From: Candidatus Poribacteria bacterium | Lineage (GTDB): Bacteria; Poribacteria; WGA-4E; WGA-3G | Reading direction: 5' to 3' | DNA: 64,000 nucleotides | Assembly: GCA_965214095.1 (NCBI GenBank) | Contig: OZ243938.1 | Coordinates: forward strand, 1,760,001 to 1,824,000 | Shown here: positions 39,469 through 50,236 of the stretch, piece after piece | How the letters are laid out: each line of letters begins with the position of its first letter | How positions within the stretch are numbered: the stretch's first letter is position 1 | The notes under the pieces: generated by a model | The model's input: only the letters and a program-made list of their open reading frames with translations | Databases searched by the model: none | Told to the model about the DNA's origin: nothing | Position numbers and translations under genes: made by a program

Positions 39469-40828
39469 TTTTTGCTACTATCCTCCACCGTTCTTGATCT
39501 TTTGCTATAATTGATCGCACTTTTTCTGCAAGTTCTGTCAACGTCTGCCGTGGTGTCTGCTTTTGTGTGACAGCAGCAAAGATTGCATCGTTTAGTAAAT
39601 CTGCTGCTTCTGACCAATATGGATTTTGATAACGTGGTGGCAATTCAGGTGCGAGTTCTATGAATAACTCCCCAATCGGTTGTCCACCTAAATATTCAAG
39701 CGGTTGTTTTAAGGCTTCGGCATCCCATGCTGCTTTGAGTGGAGGAATAATCAAGGTCGTTTCATATCGGTTTATCAAACTTGATCTATCAAAGTAGGTG
39801 AATTTCAGTAGTTCCCATGCCAGATCGGGATTCTCACACTCTTTTGTAATGCCTATCATTGTGCCGCCGCGTGTCGTCGTGCGTCTGCCACCGATTTCCC
39901 AAGCAGGCATACTTATTGCTTTCCATTTGCCAGACATCTGCGGCACTTGACTTTGCAGAAGTCCTACATACCAATCTGGGGCAAGTATAGACAGGATTTT
40001 GCCGTCTTGCATTGCAGCATAGTTGCTGGGATCCCCGTGCCATGTGCCGTAGACGGGTGTTGCGATGTTATGTTCATTAAATAGGGATGTGAAGAATTCC
40101 AGTGTTTGAATTGCGATTTCACTGTCAATGATGACATCGCCTTTAGCATCAAAAAAGCCACCGCCTCTTTGTAGCAAAAGGTTCATATAGTCGCTTTCAG
40201 TTTTGTTGTCAAGGACGATGGCATATTGGTCAATTTCTCCATCTCCATCAAGATCGCGCGTTGCTTTTTTTGCCGCAATGATGAAGTCATCCCAAGTTTC
40301 AATTTCAGTCATCTCAACATCGGCAGCTTTAAACAGGTCATCTCTGTATAGGAGGACAACTGGATGCAAGTCGTGTGGGATTCCGAATATTTTATCTCCA
40401 TAAGACCAAGGCGTGAAGCGGCTGATGACTAACTGGTCTAACCATCCTTCGCCTTCTAAACGGGGACGTAAATCAACGAAACCGACTTCATCAATATCTC
40501 CCTTTAAGAAACGTCCGATTGAATTGATTTCGACTTCAACTATATCGGGTGCCCCGAAGTCTGAGAGTAATGCGGTTAGGAGTTTGTCGTGCATCGTTCC
40601 ACCGAAATTGATAAGTTGTACATTTACATCAGGATGTGAGGTATTATAGATTGGCAACCGTGCTTGATATTCTTCGTAATGTGTCGGCGCAAATACCCAA
40701 AATTCTAATTCTTTTTCCGTTTCATCTACTGGTGCGAATATGAAAAGGCATGAGATTAGGAAAAGAATTAACATGACCATCGGACCTTTGCCGAGTGGAA
40801 AATTTTCTGGATCATAAGGGAAACGCAT
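39458..40828 (-). CDS. carbohydrate ABC transporter substrate-binding protein
   Basis: APDIV, YGDKIFGIP, LLYRDDLF, TWDDF, GG.MIGI. Confidence 0.88.
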   Translation of the reverse strand: MRFPYDPENFPLGKGPMVMLILFLISCLFIFAPVDETEKELEFWVFAPTHYEEYQARLPIYNTSHPDVNVQLINFGGTMHDKLLTALLSDFGAPDIVEVEINSIGRFLKGDIDEVGFVDLRPRLEGEGWLDQLVISRFTPWSYGDKIFGIPHDLHPVVLLYRDDLFKAADVEMTEIETWDDFIIAAKKATRDLDGDGEIDQYAIVLDNKTESDYMNLLLQRGGGFFDAKGDVIIDSEIAIQTLEFFTSLFNEHNIATPVYGTWHGDPSNYAAMQDGKILSILAPDWYVGLLQSQVPQMSGKWKAISMPAWEIGGRRTTTRGGTMIGITKECENPDLAWELLKFTYFDRSSLINRYETTLIIPPLKAAWDAEALKQPLEYLGGQPIGELFIELAPELPPRYQNPYWSEAADLLNDAIFAAVTQKQTPRQTLTELAEKVRSIIAKDQERWRIVAKNEN

Positions 40829-40963
40829 AAAGTGCCTTTTTTGAAGTAATTACACATTTTGGATATGTAGGAGGGAACTCCGATTCCTGATCACTACTGA
40901 GTTAAATCGCGATTCGGGATCGCTCCTACAGTGACATGAATAATTGTTTTATACTTCACTATA
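40828..40963. repeat. shell element with two facing REP cores (C and D), REPIN-like
   Basis: GTAGGAGGGAACTCCGATTCC at 40867 and ATCGCGATTCGGGATCGCTCCTAC at 40906-40929; right end ACTATA; left end degenerate. Confidence 0.7.
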
Positions 40964-41055
40964 ATTGCGCTGTTAAATTCGTGCCATCTGCGATTCTGAT
41001 TATCGGATTTAGAAACCGCGCCAACAATCGCTACCTGCTTCTTATCATTTTTGAC

Positions 41056-41084
41056 TTGACAATTCGGTATATTACCATTAAAAT
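41056..41084 (+). promoter_or_regulatory. sigma70-type promoter
   Basis: TTGACA-17 bp-TAAAAT. Confidence 0.65.
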
Positions 41085-41134
41085 TTATCAAATCATAGTT
41101 ATTTTATCAACAAAGAAATGGAGGATGATGCTAT

Positions 41135-41452
41135 ATGCCCACGTATGATTATAAATGTCTTGAATGTGAAGACCAGTTTGAGAAGTTTCAAGGCATTACA
41201 GCACCGCCGCTTGAAGAATGTCCTAAGTGCAATGGTAAGGTAAAACGGCTTATCGGTGCAGGTGCAGGTCTGATATTCAAAGGTTCAGGGTTCTACATCA
41301 CAGATTATCGCAGTGAAGGATATAAAGAATCGGAAAAGAAAGATAAGAAAACAAAGTCAGAGAAAAGCGATAAATCAGAAAAGAAATCCGATACGAAAAG
41401 CGAATCAAAAAGTAAGTCAAGTGATTCTGGTAAGTCAGTAGAAAAAACTTAA
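41135..41452 (+). CDS. FmdB-family zinc-ribbon protein
   Basis: MPTYDYKC..C..CPKC..FKGSGFYITDY with Lys/Ser-rich tail. Confidence 0.9.
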   Translation: MPTYDYKCLECEDQFEKFQGITAPPLEECPKCNGKVKRLIGAGAGLIFKGSGFYITDYRSEGYKESEKKDKKTKSEKSDKSEKKSDTKSESKSKSSDSGKSVEKT

Positions 41453-41487
41453 AGTCAAACAAGCTGCAATCAACATAGGGAAACACA

Positions 41488-42429
41488 TTGCATAATCACC
41501 AACATCATCACAATCCAGACGAACCACATGTTCACCACCATCAACACACGCTTCAGAAGAAATTTAGACTTGCCCTGTTGGTCACCTTTTTTGTATTCGT
41601 TGTAGAGTTGATTGGTGGCATTTGGTCGGGGAGTCTTGCGTTGTTAAGTGATGCTGCACATGTGATGTCGGATGTGCTATCCCTTCTGATCAGCTGGTTT
41701 GCAATATATCTCTCAACGCGCCCTGCCACCTCATCTCGCACCTTCGGTTATCATCGTGCTGAAGTATTTGCTGCATTCATCAATGGTGTATCTTTAATTG
41801 GCATATCTGGTTGGATATTCTATGAAGCATACCGAAGATACATGTCTCCAGAGGAGATTCGAGTAACCGGCATGTTTGTTGTTGCAAGTTTTGGATTAGT
41901 AGCGAACCTGTTTATCTTGTGGAAACTGCATGGCCATAGCCATGGCAATCTAAATGTGCGAAGTGCAGTGCTTCATGTAGTCGGAGATACGCTTTCATCG
42001 GTGGCTGTTGTTATTGGTGGTCTGATTATATATTGGACAAAATGGTATCCTATTGATGCTATCCTCAGTTTCCTAATCGGCGGGATAATACTCTTCGGTG
42101 CATTTAATGTAACCAGAGAAGCAGTTCATATTCTGTTGGAGAACACTCCACGAAATACGGATGCACATACCGTAGCAAAACATATATGTGATTTAGCATC
42201 TGTGAAGGATGTTCATGATATGCATATTTGGTCTCTGTGTTCAAACTACAATGCATTGAGTGCTCATATAGTGCTTGATGAAAACACTACGCTTGCTCAG
42301 GACCAAATTCTTGAACAGATTAACACAGTATTACAAAATCAGTTTAATATCAACCACACAACGCTCCAACTTGAGCAGATTGCGTGTACACAGGCAGGTA
42401 ACTTACTGTGCAATGCACAACATTCGTAG
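41488..42429 (+). CDS. cation diffusion facilitator (CzcD/ZitB-like)
   Basis: SLALLSDAAH..D, TFGYHRAE, HGHSHG NLNVRSAVLHVVGD, VHDMHIW. Confidence 0.92.
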   Translation: MHNHQHHHNPDEPHVHHHQHTLQKKFRLALLVTFFVFVVELIGGIWSGSLALLSDAAHVMSDVLSLLISWFAIYLSTRPATSSRTFGYHRAEVFAAFINGVSLIGISGWIFYEAYRRYMSPEEIRVTGMFVVASFGLVANLFILWKLHGHSHGNLNVRSAVLHVVGDTLSSVAVVIGGLIIYWTKWYPIDAILSFLIGGIILFGAFNVTREAVHILLENTPRNTDAHTVAKHICDLASVKDVHDMHIWSLCSNYNALSAHIVLDENTTLAQDQILEQINTVLQNQFNINHTTLQLEQIACTQAGNLLCNAQHS

Positions 42430-42436
42430 CATCGCG

Positions 42437-43084
42437 CTAAATATGTTCTTCCTTTAGACGATGTGCTTTCCTATTTAGCGTAGGATCTTTAGAAAACTTT
42501 AATGTTGCTTGTACCAGTCCTTCTACATGCGATACCATATCTTTCTCTACTTGTACTATGCGACTCATAAGGTATGGTTGATCACTTGCCTGTATCGCCT
42601 GTCTCATGATTGAGAGTAGATATAGATAAATCGTGTCTGACTCACTTCCCTCAATTTCGATTGCTATTTCAAACGCTTCATCTAAAGATATTCTTCCACT
42701 TTCAACTTGAGATTCGTGTGCATCCAAGGCATCTGTGATATCTTGTATGGAAATAGGTGGAAATGGCACTATAGGTGATGTTGTTTCATCTGTATCTGCT
42801 TCTGAAATGGTTGTGTCTTTCCCAAAAGTTTCAATACAGATTGCGCGTCCAAAGTCTACAAGTATGTAGTGTTGCCATTCTTCGGTGCTCATCCTTTCCC
42901 AAAAGCGTGCGATACGTTCATCATAGTCACCCAAATGCAGCGCGAAGGAGGCGTATAGTTTTGCTTGTCGCAGTTCAAGGTCTTGGCAAATATCAAAAAG
43001 TTCTTCTAATGTCAATTTTTCTCCTTGTGTTCGTGTAATAAGGGAATCTGGTGTCTGTTCACTAATTCCACTCAATATCATCAA
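42437..43084 (-). CDS. hypothetical ferritin/rubrerythrin-like protein
   Basis: ELRQAKLY..FWERMSTEEWQH (ExxH), AIEIE; start uncertain. Confidence 0.55.
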   Translation of the reverse strand: MMILSGISEQTPDSLITRTQGEKLTLEELFDICQDLELRQAKLYASFALHLGDYDERIARFWERMSTEEWQHYILVDFGRAICIETFGKDTTISEADTDETTSPIVPFPPISIQDITDALDAHESQVESGRISLDEAFEIAIEIEGSESDTIYLYLLSIMRQAIQASDQPYLMSRIVQVEKDMVSHVEGLVQATLKFSKDPTLNRKAHRLKEEHI

Positions 43085-44150
43085 GAGTTGTCGCGGTTGC
43101 CACCTGTTCTAAAAGAGCATCAAGACGGGTGCGGCTTCGCATCCTTGAGATTTTATTGACAACCGTATCGGGAACTTCACCGATGCGTAGGTCAAGTAGT
43201 TTCAAGAGAAACTCCCGTTTGGCTTGTATCTTTCCACGTTCCTCACCGCGTTTCTCACCGCGTTTCTCACCGCGTTTCTCACTTCGTTGTATCAGAGCTT
43301 CTGCACCTGTCATAATGAAATTTTCTACCTCCTTATCATGAGTTTGAGATTGTATAAGTTGTCTCAATTGTGTTTGTTCTGCTTCGGGTCGTCTAAAAAA
43401 TACCAAAAAATATAGATAAAGTATCTCGTGGTTGTGTAGTTCAGGATGTTCAGCTGCTAAGGTCTCCAAATGTGTAAGTGCTGCTGACAATGCCTCTTGC
43501 ATTGATGTTTCATCTGCGGTTTCTTGTTGCAGCACTGTCATTAACCATCCGAAAGGATGATCAACATCAGTAAATTTCTCTATATCTTCATCCTTCACAC
43601 CAAGAAATAAAGTCTCAAAAGTTGGGACAAAGGGTGTCATCATCGATGGAATATCCATTGATGCGGAAAGAGATATCGGTATCTTCCATCGTTGTTGACC
43701 GGTATAAAAGACAATTGGGAGGATGGGACGTAAACGCCACGCTCTTCTTGGAACTTTAGAATTCTTTTGTTCCTCCAGCTGCCCGTGCCATATCTGGCAC
43801 ATATAAGACAACAACCGAAATCCCATCAGGTGGTCAACGGTTGATTGATGTTCTATCAAAATATAAATGGTTAGGTCGTCACATAAAGTTGTGTCTCGAA
43901 ATGGCACAGTAAACACCATATCAGACACCAAATCTCGCAACGTATTATCAACAATACTCCTGTTTTCTATTCTTGCTTGAGTGAAGTCCAGATGTTCGGC
44001 AAGTTCACTGGCAAGGATTAGGACTAACCCATGTAAATTTTCCGATTTTTTGAATAACCACCTTGCACTTTTGTCTGCGAAATGTCCAATTTTTGGATTA
44101 AATAAAGTGCGTATTTCTTCTAAATCTGCTATTTTGTTATCCGTTTGCAC
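43062..44150 (-). CDS. Rpn/YhgA-like PD-(D/E)xK nuclease (putative transposase family)
   Basis: SDMVF..YILIEHQS..MGFRLL.Y, PILPIVFYTG..W; GTG start after AGGAG; EKRG repeats near the C-terminus. Confidence 0.88.
   Translation of the reverse strand: MQTDNKIADLEEIRTLFNPKIGHFADKSARWLFKKSENLHGLVLILASELAEHLDFTQARIENRSIVDNTLRDLVSDMVFTVPFRDTTLCDDLTIYILIEHQSTVDHLMGFRLLSYMCQIWHGQLEEQKNSKVPRRAWRLRPILPIVFYTGQQRWKIPISLSASMDIPSMMTPFVPTFETLFLGVKDEDIEKFTDVDHPFGWLMTVLQQETADETSMQEALSAALTHLETLAAEHPELHNHEILYLYFLVFFRRPEAEQTQLRQLIQSQTHDKEVENFIMTGAEALIQRSEKRGEKRGEKRGEERGKIQAKREFLLKLLDLRIGEVPDTVVNKISRMRSRTRLDALLEQVATATTLDDIEWN
43242..43282. repeat. 12-bp tandem repeat (CTCACCGCGTTT)x3 encoding EKRG units
   Basis: Directly visible. 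Confidence 0.9.
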
Positions 44151-44230
44151 TATGTCTCCTGGACCATTACTATCATTAGTATAGACTAACATTAATCTGA
44201 CAAAATGTCAATAACGTAAGATTTTTAATC

Positions 44231-44349
44231 TATAGTGGAATTTACAATTAATAGGACACGCCTCAGAGGGCGAGGAAACCTCGCCCCTACGGGACTTGTG
44301 GTGCTTGCAAGTGCATTGAAATGGCTTCTTAATTCTAAACTTTACTATA
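44231..44349 (+). repeat. TATAGT...ACTATA shell with REP core E
   Basis: 119 bp; core GGGCGAGGAAACCTCGCCCCTAC; left arm resembles that of 18089. Confidence 0.8.
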
Positions 44350-44418
44350 AATGAATTTGATTGCAATTTTGTGTGACTGTCAGTGCGATTCAAGAAGCAT
44401 GACATTCTATCAGTCATA

Positions 44419-45456
44419 TTACATTTGTAGTGGTAATGAAATGGCATTGCCAGATGACATACTCCGCGTGACCGCTTCTGTGAACTCCATATACTTAACG
44501 CCAGTGTCAAAGTCGGTGTGAGTGATGGTTTCTTTGCCTCTGATTGCGTTTACAAATTCTTCTTCCACACGCCAGCCACCCTCTTCCCCTGAGGGTATAT
44601 CTATCTCATTTAACGCTTCATCACCTTTTTGTCCACCATAGAGTTTGTTTGCAGAAAATCGTAGCGTTCCAAGACTTCCGAAGATAAACACCTCTGGCAC
44701 TCCAGCTAACCCCGTTACAGCAGAGATTTGCATGTGGAGTTGCGCACCACAGGTGAGCTCACCGATAACATCAATATGTTCTGGTATTCGGACTGAACGT
44801 TTTATGCCATCATCATCTGGACGCATTTTGACGAAGGTATTACCCATTGCAGAAATACGTGTTGCTTCACCGACCCAACGCATTATCGCTTCATACCAAA
44901 TACCCATGCTCATGATGTTCAACCCACTAAAATCAAAATCCTGTCTCCATTGGAGCGGAGTCTCAGTATCCAGAAACGTGCCTCCTGCACGCACTTCAAT
45001 TGCGAGTACATCTCCGATATATCCCTCTGCGATCAATCGTTTTATGGTATTGTCCACTCGAAGTGTCATTGGAGAAGGGACGATTTGTGCAGTTAACTTC
45101 GATTTCCGACGTGCCATGAGACGCATTGCATGTGCCTCACGAGCATTCATTGCCATACGTGCTTCACACATCACATGTTTATTTACCATCAGCGCGGATA
45201 CAGTTGCTCGGCAGTGCATGTAGGGCCAAGTTCCTATGACGATGGCGTTTGTCTCATTATCGTCAATTGCATCTTGCCAATGGTCGTAGATTTTTGGGAT
45301 ACCAAACTCGTCTGCTACACGTTGTGATGATTCTCGACTGCGATTGCATACCCCGATTATCTCAACACCTTCTATTGCTTGTAGTCCGGGAATATGTCGT
45401 GATTTTGTGTTTCTTCCTGCTCCGATGATACCGACTCTGACTTTTTCTGATGCCAC
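44419..45456 (-). CDS. Gfo/Idh/MocA oxidoreductase
   Basis: VGIIGAG, KHVMCEARMA; GTG start after AAGGAG. Confidence 0.88.
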   Translation of the reverse strand: MASEKVRVGIIGAGRNTKSRHIPGLQAIEGVEIIGVCNRSRESSQRVADEFGIPKIYDHWQDAIDDNETNAIVIGTWPYMHCRATVSALMVNKHVMCEARMAMNAREAHAMRLMARRKSKLTAQIVPSPMTLRVDNTIKRLIAEGYIGDVLAIEVRAGGTFLDTETPLQWRQDFDFSGLNIMSMGIWYEAIMRWVGEATRISAMGNTFVKMRPDDDGIKRSVRIPEHIDVIGELTCGAQLHMQISAVTGLAGVPEVFIFGSLGTLRFSANKLYGGQKGDEALNEIDIPSGEEGGWRVEEEFVNAIRGKETITHTDFDTGVKYMEFTEAVTRSMSSGNAISLPLQM

Positions 45457-45618
45457 TCCGATGCTCCTTTGCATATCAAAATGTAATATGATGTTAGCAG
45501 ATAATTGGAGTGATGTCAAGTAGAAATCCGGTAGTATTAGATTGGCAAGATTCTGTATTTTCTGATTCTCGGATTTGGCGAATTCCGTTAAATCAGCGGT
45601 ATGAATGCATTCTGATAT

Positions 45619-48372
45619 TCACTGGATTTCACGGATTTTATGAAGGATTTGTCGGGCATGTAGACGGGTAGCACTATCATTTGCATGCAGATCATTCTCA
45701 ATCAGGTGAACGCCAGATTTGTCCCCAAGAGATGCAAGATCGTAGGCAGCAGCACGTTGGATGTTAGGATTGTTATGTGCTAACAGTGCTTCCAAACCAT
45801 CAACCGTTTCAGCTTTCTTCTGGATTTCCGTGATGTTGATATTGGTGTCATAGTATTCGGCATAAAACCATGGATTTCTTAAACTTACATGTTCAATATC
45901 ACTTGAGTACCAAATTGGTTTGCTAACATTATATTTCATGTGGATTTCTCCAAATGATAATTCATCCCTTAAACTCATTGGGAGTCTAATCTCTTTCGCG
46001 TTCGGTTGGCTTAGTTGAGAGAGTAAAATGGCCGCGGACCTACGTGTTTCTTTATCAAAACTATGTAATTTTCGGTTAGTAAGAGATTTAATCCATTGCA
46101 GACACGAGTCATCACCAAGTTGACTAAGAATATAGGCGATTTCCGCAGAAACACTCATATTTCTTGAGTGTAAAAAGATTTCTATTAGCGGCTTAATGTC
46201 CTTATCATCACCTGTTGTGCGTATTTTATATATTACATCTGAAATGATTTCGTTGTATCTATTTTGTCTGCCTAATATTTGAATCCAAAGTTGAGTCATA
46301 TCGGTGTCTGCATAATTCAATAAGGCTTTATGGACAGAAACCTTTAAACTACTACGAGATGAAGAACTGACATTTACGAGTGAGGAACTCAGCAGTTTCA
46401 GTGGTTCAATTGCTTCAGGTTTGCGTAACTCACCGAGCTGAAAGCATACATGTTCTAACTGTTTTATGTCGTAATTGTTGATATGATTTGGATCTAACAT
46501 TTTGAGCATAGAATTAAATTGCAGTGGCGTAGGTTCTTTTATTTCAAAAGAGGCTTTAGGAGAAATAAGAGGTTTTTCCCATGCCATTAAGTTAGATTTC
46601 ATCTGACTGCTGAGTGGCGGATTTTTCTCTTTATTTGTCCTTTTAGGTGCTGGATTGGGTTTCCAAGGAGAGAAGAACATTTTCAACTGGACATTATACT
46701 GACCTGATTGGAAGAGGCGGTAATTTTTGGACACAGGAATGATGTTTGTTATTACCGCATTAGGTTGTATTATATCGAAATGTTTGGGGTTTACTGGTAA
46801 CAGAATGACTTCATCGTCTCCATCCTTGACTACTGTAAGATTATATTCATTTGTATCTATAGAACGATACCTACTTCTTTGACCGTAGACTTCTGCCATA
46901 GTTCCATCGGGTTGTTGAATCTCTAACTTCACATAACCTGATGAAACATCTCTCTTGAAACCGATTTTAATTGGATAATCACTTGTGTTCCTGATAGTAT
47001 ATTTCAGAGCAATAGGATGTCTATAATTATACTTCGTTGAAACCATCTCTATTTTCAATTCTAAGGGTTTATTCCCAGATAATTCGTCAATTGTCAATAA
47101 TGCTGCATTGCGTGTATTCCCTCTACTATCGTTGGCAAGTTGTTTTAACTTAGGAATCATCTCTGTAAGTTTCATCTTTCGGATAATGTTGATTGCACTG
47201 ATTCGCACGTCAGGGTTATTATCTTCAAGTAATTGCGGGATATATTTGTGTATTTCAGCATTCCAAAAGGTGCCAAACTTTGTGAGTGTTTCGACTGCCT
47301 GCAACCGCAGTTGAGAGGAGGGGTTCAGTGCAATTGTTCCCACTGCATCAATTGCCTCTGGTCTGTTAAAAGTTGTCAATGCTGTTAATACTGATTTTGA
47401 TGGGTTTTGTTCTGCAACTTTCACTAATGCAACAAAACCTTCTTGTCCCATATTTTTTAGAGCATATATCATTGCAGATTTTAGTGCTTCATTTTCAGTT
47501 TCAATACATTCCTTTTCAAAAGTTGGGATAATTTCTTTGTCTTCAACTCTACGTAATACCCTATAGATTTTTTGTTTTACCTCACTGACTTCAGTTGCTT
47601 TTGCTGTCTCCAACATCTTTTGCACACTTGACTGACCAAATTGAGCCATGCGGTTTAGTACAGACGGGGGAATGCTGCTTGCAACACGTCTGCCAAGGTC
47701 TGACTCGGAATCCATTGCTTCCAATAGAATTGAAACGGTTCTTGGATCATCAATTTGTGCTGTTTTTTGTAGCGTTTCTTTTAATATGTCGATTTCATTG
47801 ATGTTTGGATATTTAAGTATTTTAAGGAGTTCTGGTATTGCTCGTTTGTCTTGAAAATCAGCTAAAACGAATACCGCTTCTCTTCGTTTTTCTGGTGTTG
47901 TTCTGGGATTATTTATTTGCTTAACAAGATATGGAATACCCCGTTCATCTTTCAATTTCAATAGGGCATCAACTGCAATTCTTTGGGTTGCTGGCTCAGC
48001 ATCAAGGTGTTTAGCCATAAATTTCTTTGTAAATTCGGCATCTATGCCAGCCATAATATGTGCAGACTTACCTCGCATCCAATCGATTTCATGATGTATG
48101 AAGAGAACGGTAAGTGCAGACATTACACCAGGTTCTGGATAATAATGTTGAATAGAACGAATAGCATTTCCTCGGGTTCGCTGATCATCATTTGTCAAGT
48201 TTTTAATCAGAAAGGGAATTGCCTCATCACCCATAAGGAAAAGTTCATATCCCAATCGGTTTGTGTCATCCCATCTGGTTTCCAGCATGTTTAGTATTCT
48301 GTTTTCATCAGCATGTGTTGCGGGACACAATATTACCAATAACAGAAAGATTATGCACATTAAGTATTTCAT
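45619..48372 (-). CDS. large secreted HEAT/PBS-lyase repeat protein
   Basis: Signal peptide; repeats such as REAVFVLADFQDKRAIPELL, PDVRISAI, RAAAYDLASLGD; central beta domain. Confidence 0.8.
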   Translation of the reverse strand: MKYLMCIIFLLLVILCPATHADENRILNMLETRWDDTNRLGYELFLMGDEAIPFLIKNLTNDDQRTRGNAIRSIQHYYPEPGVMSALTVLFIHHEIDWMRGKSAHIMAGIDAEFTKKFMAKHLDAEPATQRIAVDALLKLKDERGIPYLVKQINNPRTTPEKRREAVFVLADFQDKRAIPELLKILKYPNINEIDILKETLQKTAQIDDPRTVSILLEAMDSESDLGRRVASSIPPSVLNRMAQFGQSSVQKMLETAKATEVSEVKQKIYRVLRRVEDKEIIPTFEKECIETENEALKSAMIYALKNMGQEGFVALVKVAEQNPSKSVLTALTTFNRPEAIDAVGTIALNPSSQLRLQAVETLTKFGTFWNAEIHKYIPQLLEDNNPDVRISAINIIRKMKLTEMIPKLKQLANDSRGNTRNAALLTIDELSGNKPLELKIEMVSTKYNYRHPIALKYTIRNTSDYPIKIGFKRDVSSGYVKLEIQQPDGTMAEVYGQRSRYRSIDTNEYNLTVVKDGDDEVILLPVNPKHFDIIQPNAVITNIIPVSKNYRLFQSGQYNVQLKMFFSPWKPNPAPKRTNKEKNPPLSSQMKSNLMAWEKPLISPKASFEIKEPTPLQFNSMLKMLDPNHINNYDIKQLEHVCFQLGELRKPEAIEPLKLLSSSLVNVSSSSRSSLKVSVHKALLNYADTDMTQLWIQILGRQNRYNEIISDVIYKIRTTGDDKDIKPLIEIFLHSRNMSVSAEIAYILSQLGDDSCLQWIKSLTNRKLHSFDKETRRSAAILLSQLSQPNAKEIRLPMSLRDELSFGEIHMKYNVSKPIWYSSDIEHVSLRNPWFYAEYYDTNINITEIQKKAETVDGLEALLAHNNPNIQRAAAYDLASLGDKSGVHLIENDLHANDSATRLHARQILHKIREIQ

Positions 48373-48498
48373 AGTTAACTCCAGAAGTGGTTATATTCTC
48401 AATTGTATCAGAAATAGACTGCGTGTATCAATAGGTTTTTGAATTCAAAGTGTGTAAATTATTGTGTTTTTTTATTCCATGCATTATACTGTGTTATT

Positions 48499-49143
48499 AT
48501 GAAATCAGAAACAAAAAGGGATCGTGGTATTATCGTCGGCATAACCGGTGGTATTGCGTGCGGCAAAACAACGGTATCAGAATTGCTTGCTGGCAAAGGG
48601 GCAATACCGATTAACGCTGACGAGATTGGTCATCAACTCCTCAAATCTGACAGTCCGGTTATTGATGAACTGGTTGACACATTTGGCACTGAGATACTGG
48701 ATCAATCAGGAGATGTGAGTAGAAAGAAATTGGGAGAAATCGTTTTTAACGATAAGTCCGCGCGTGAACGACTCAACGTCCTGCTACATCCACTGATAAT
48801 TCAACGTTCCCGATCCCGTGCTCAGCAGCTTGTGAATGAGGATCCATCCTGTGTAGTGTTACTTGATGCCCCACTGCTCATAGAGGCAGGTGCTTATGAT
48901 TCTGTTGATCTGATTGTCGTTGTAACCGCTTCTAACGAAACACAATTGCAACGGATATTAGAACGTAGTCAACAACAGAACCGTCCACTTACTAAAGCCG
49001 ATGCTCAAGCCCGTATTGACTCACAAATGCCTTTATCTGAAAAGGTGAAGTATGCTGATGTCGTCATTGAAAATGAAGGATCTATTGAAGGACTACAGAA
49101 GCAGGTAGAGTCATTATGGGATAAACTTCATAAAGACTTATGA
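48499..49143 (+). CDS. coaE: dephospho-CoA kinase
   Basis: GITGGIACGKTTV, LHPLI, DAPLLIE, RIDSQMP..ADVVIEN. Confidence 0.95.
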   Translation: MKSETKRDRGIIVGITGGIACGKTTVSELLAGKGAIPINADEIGHQLLKSDSPVIDELVDTFGTEILDQSGDVSRKKLGEIVFNDKSARERLNVLLHPLIIQRSRSRAQQLVNEDPSCVVLLDAPLLIEAGAYDSVDLIVVVTASNETQLQRILERSQQQNRPLTKADAQARIDSQMPLSEKVKYADVVIENEGSIEGLQKQVESLWDKLHKDL

Positions 49144-50223
49144 GGCGTTCCAAAGCACATTTATGGCATTTGCCTTGATAACACAGTAGACTTCCTTACC
49201 ATTACTCAGTTGGAGTTGGTCCCTTGCTTCATACGTAATTTTAACGGAGAGTCTATACCCCTCAACAAGAATCGTTACAATTATTTGGTCATCAACGCGA
49301 TCAATTGTCCCCCGTAGAATGTTTCTCGCACTAATTGGTAAATTGGGTTCAAGAGAAATGATAATGTCCTCTGCGCGGATTGCTATAGGCACAGGATTTC
49401 CTATCTCTGTATCTATGTAAGGAATTACGAGCATTTGATTCCCAATTTCTAATTCCGTTACGCCTCGCTGTTTATCTGAGTTTGCTACTGGGAGTGAGAA
49501 TATATTTTCCACACCTGTCATATTTGCTATAGGTAACGCTGATGGTGCTGTTAGTAACTGATGCGGTTCTCCATTAGCGATGATCTTTCCATCTGACAGG
49601 AGAAATGCCTCGTCAGCAAGTGCCATTGCTTCAGATATGGCATGCGTGACATAGATGATTGGAATTTCATACTCGTTTTTGATGTGATGTAGATATGGAA
49701 TAATCCTGTTTTTCAGTCCACCATCCAAGGATGCAAGCGGTTCATCCATCAGAAGGAGGTGCGGTTCCATTGCCAGTGCACGTGCAATCGCAATTCGTTG
49801 ACGTTGTCCACCCGACAGTTGCTTCGGATATCGTTGAAGTAAATCGGCAATTTCAAGTGTATTAAGAATTTGAGAAAGACTATCTGGTTTTTTACGCTTC
49901 GTCTTAGATTGACCATAACGGATATTCTTTTCAACTGTAAGATGGGGAAATAGGTGTCCTTCTTGAAATATATATCCAATTCGGCGTTTATCGGGTGGCA
50001 CACTGATTTTCAAATCGGTGTCATATAGTTTATTGTTACCAAAAACAATCTGCCCTTTATCAGGTGAGAGTGTTCCACTGATACAGCTGAGCAGTGTTGT
50101 TTTTCCACTGCCAGATGCCCCTAAAAAGGCAGTTACCTTTTGATGCAGTTCACAATCAACATCTAATGTGAATTCTCCGAGACTTTTCTTTATGTTGAGT
50201 AGAAAATTATACTTTCCAGACAT
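49138..50223 (-). CDS. modC: molybdate ABC transporter ATPase with TOBE domain
   Basis: GASGSGKTT, LSGGQRQR, LMDEP, ISARNIL. Confidence 0.92.
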   Translation of the reverse strand: MSGKYNFLLNIKKSLGEFTLDVDCELHQKVTAFLGASGSGKTTLLSCISGTLSPDKGQIVFGNNKLYDTDLKISVPPDKRRIGYIFQEGHLFPHLTVEKNIRYGQSKTKRKKPDSLSQILNTLEIADLLQRYPKQLSGGQRQRIAIARALAMEPHLLLMDEPLASLDGGLKNRIIPYLHHIKNEYEIPIIYVTHAISEAMALADEAFLLSDGKIIANGEPHQLLTAPSALPIANMTGVENIFSLPVANSDKQRGVTELEIGNQMLVIPYIDTEIGNPVPIAIRAEDIIISLEPNLPISARNILRGTIDRVDDQIIVTILVEGYRLSVKITYEARDQLQLSNGKEVYCVIKANAINVLWNAS

Positions 50224-50236
50224 ATTCGCCAAACAT

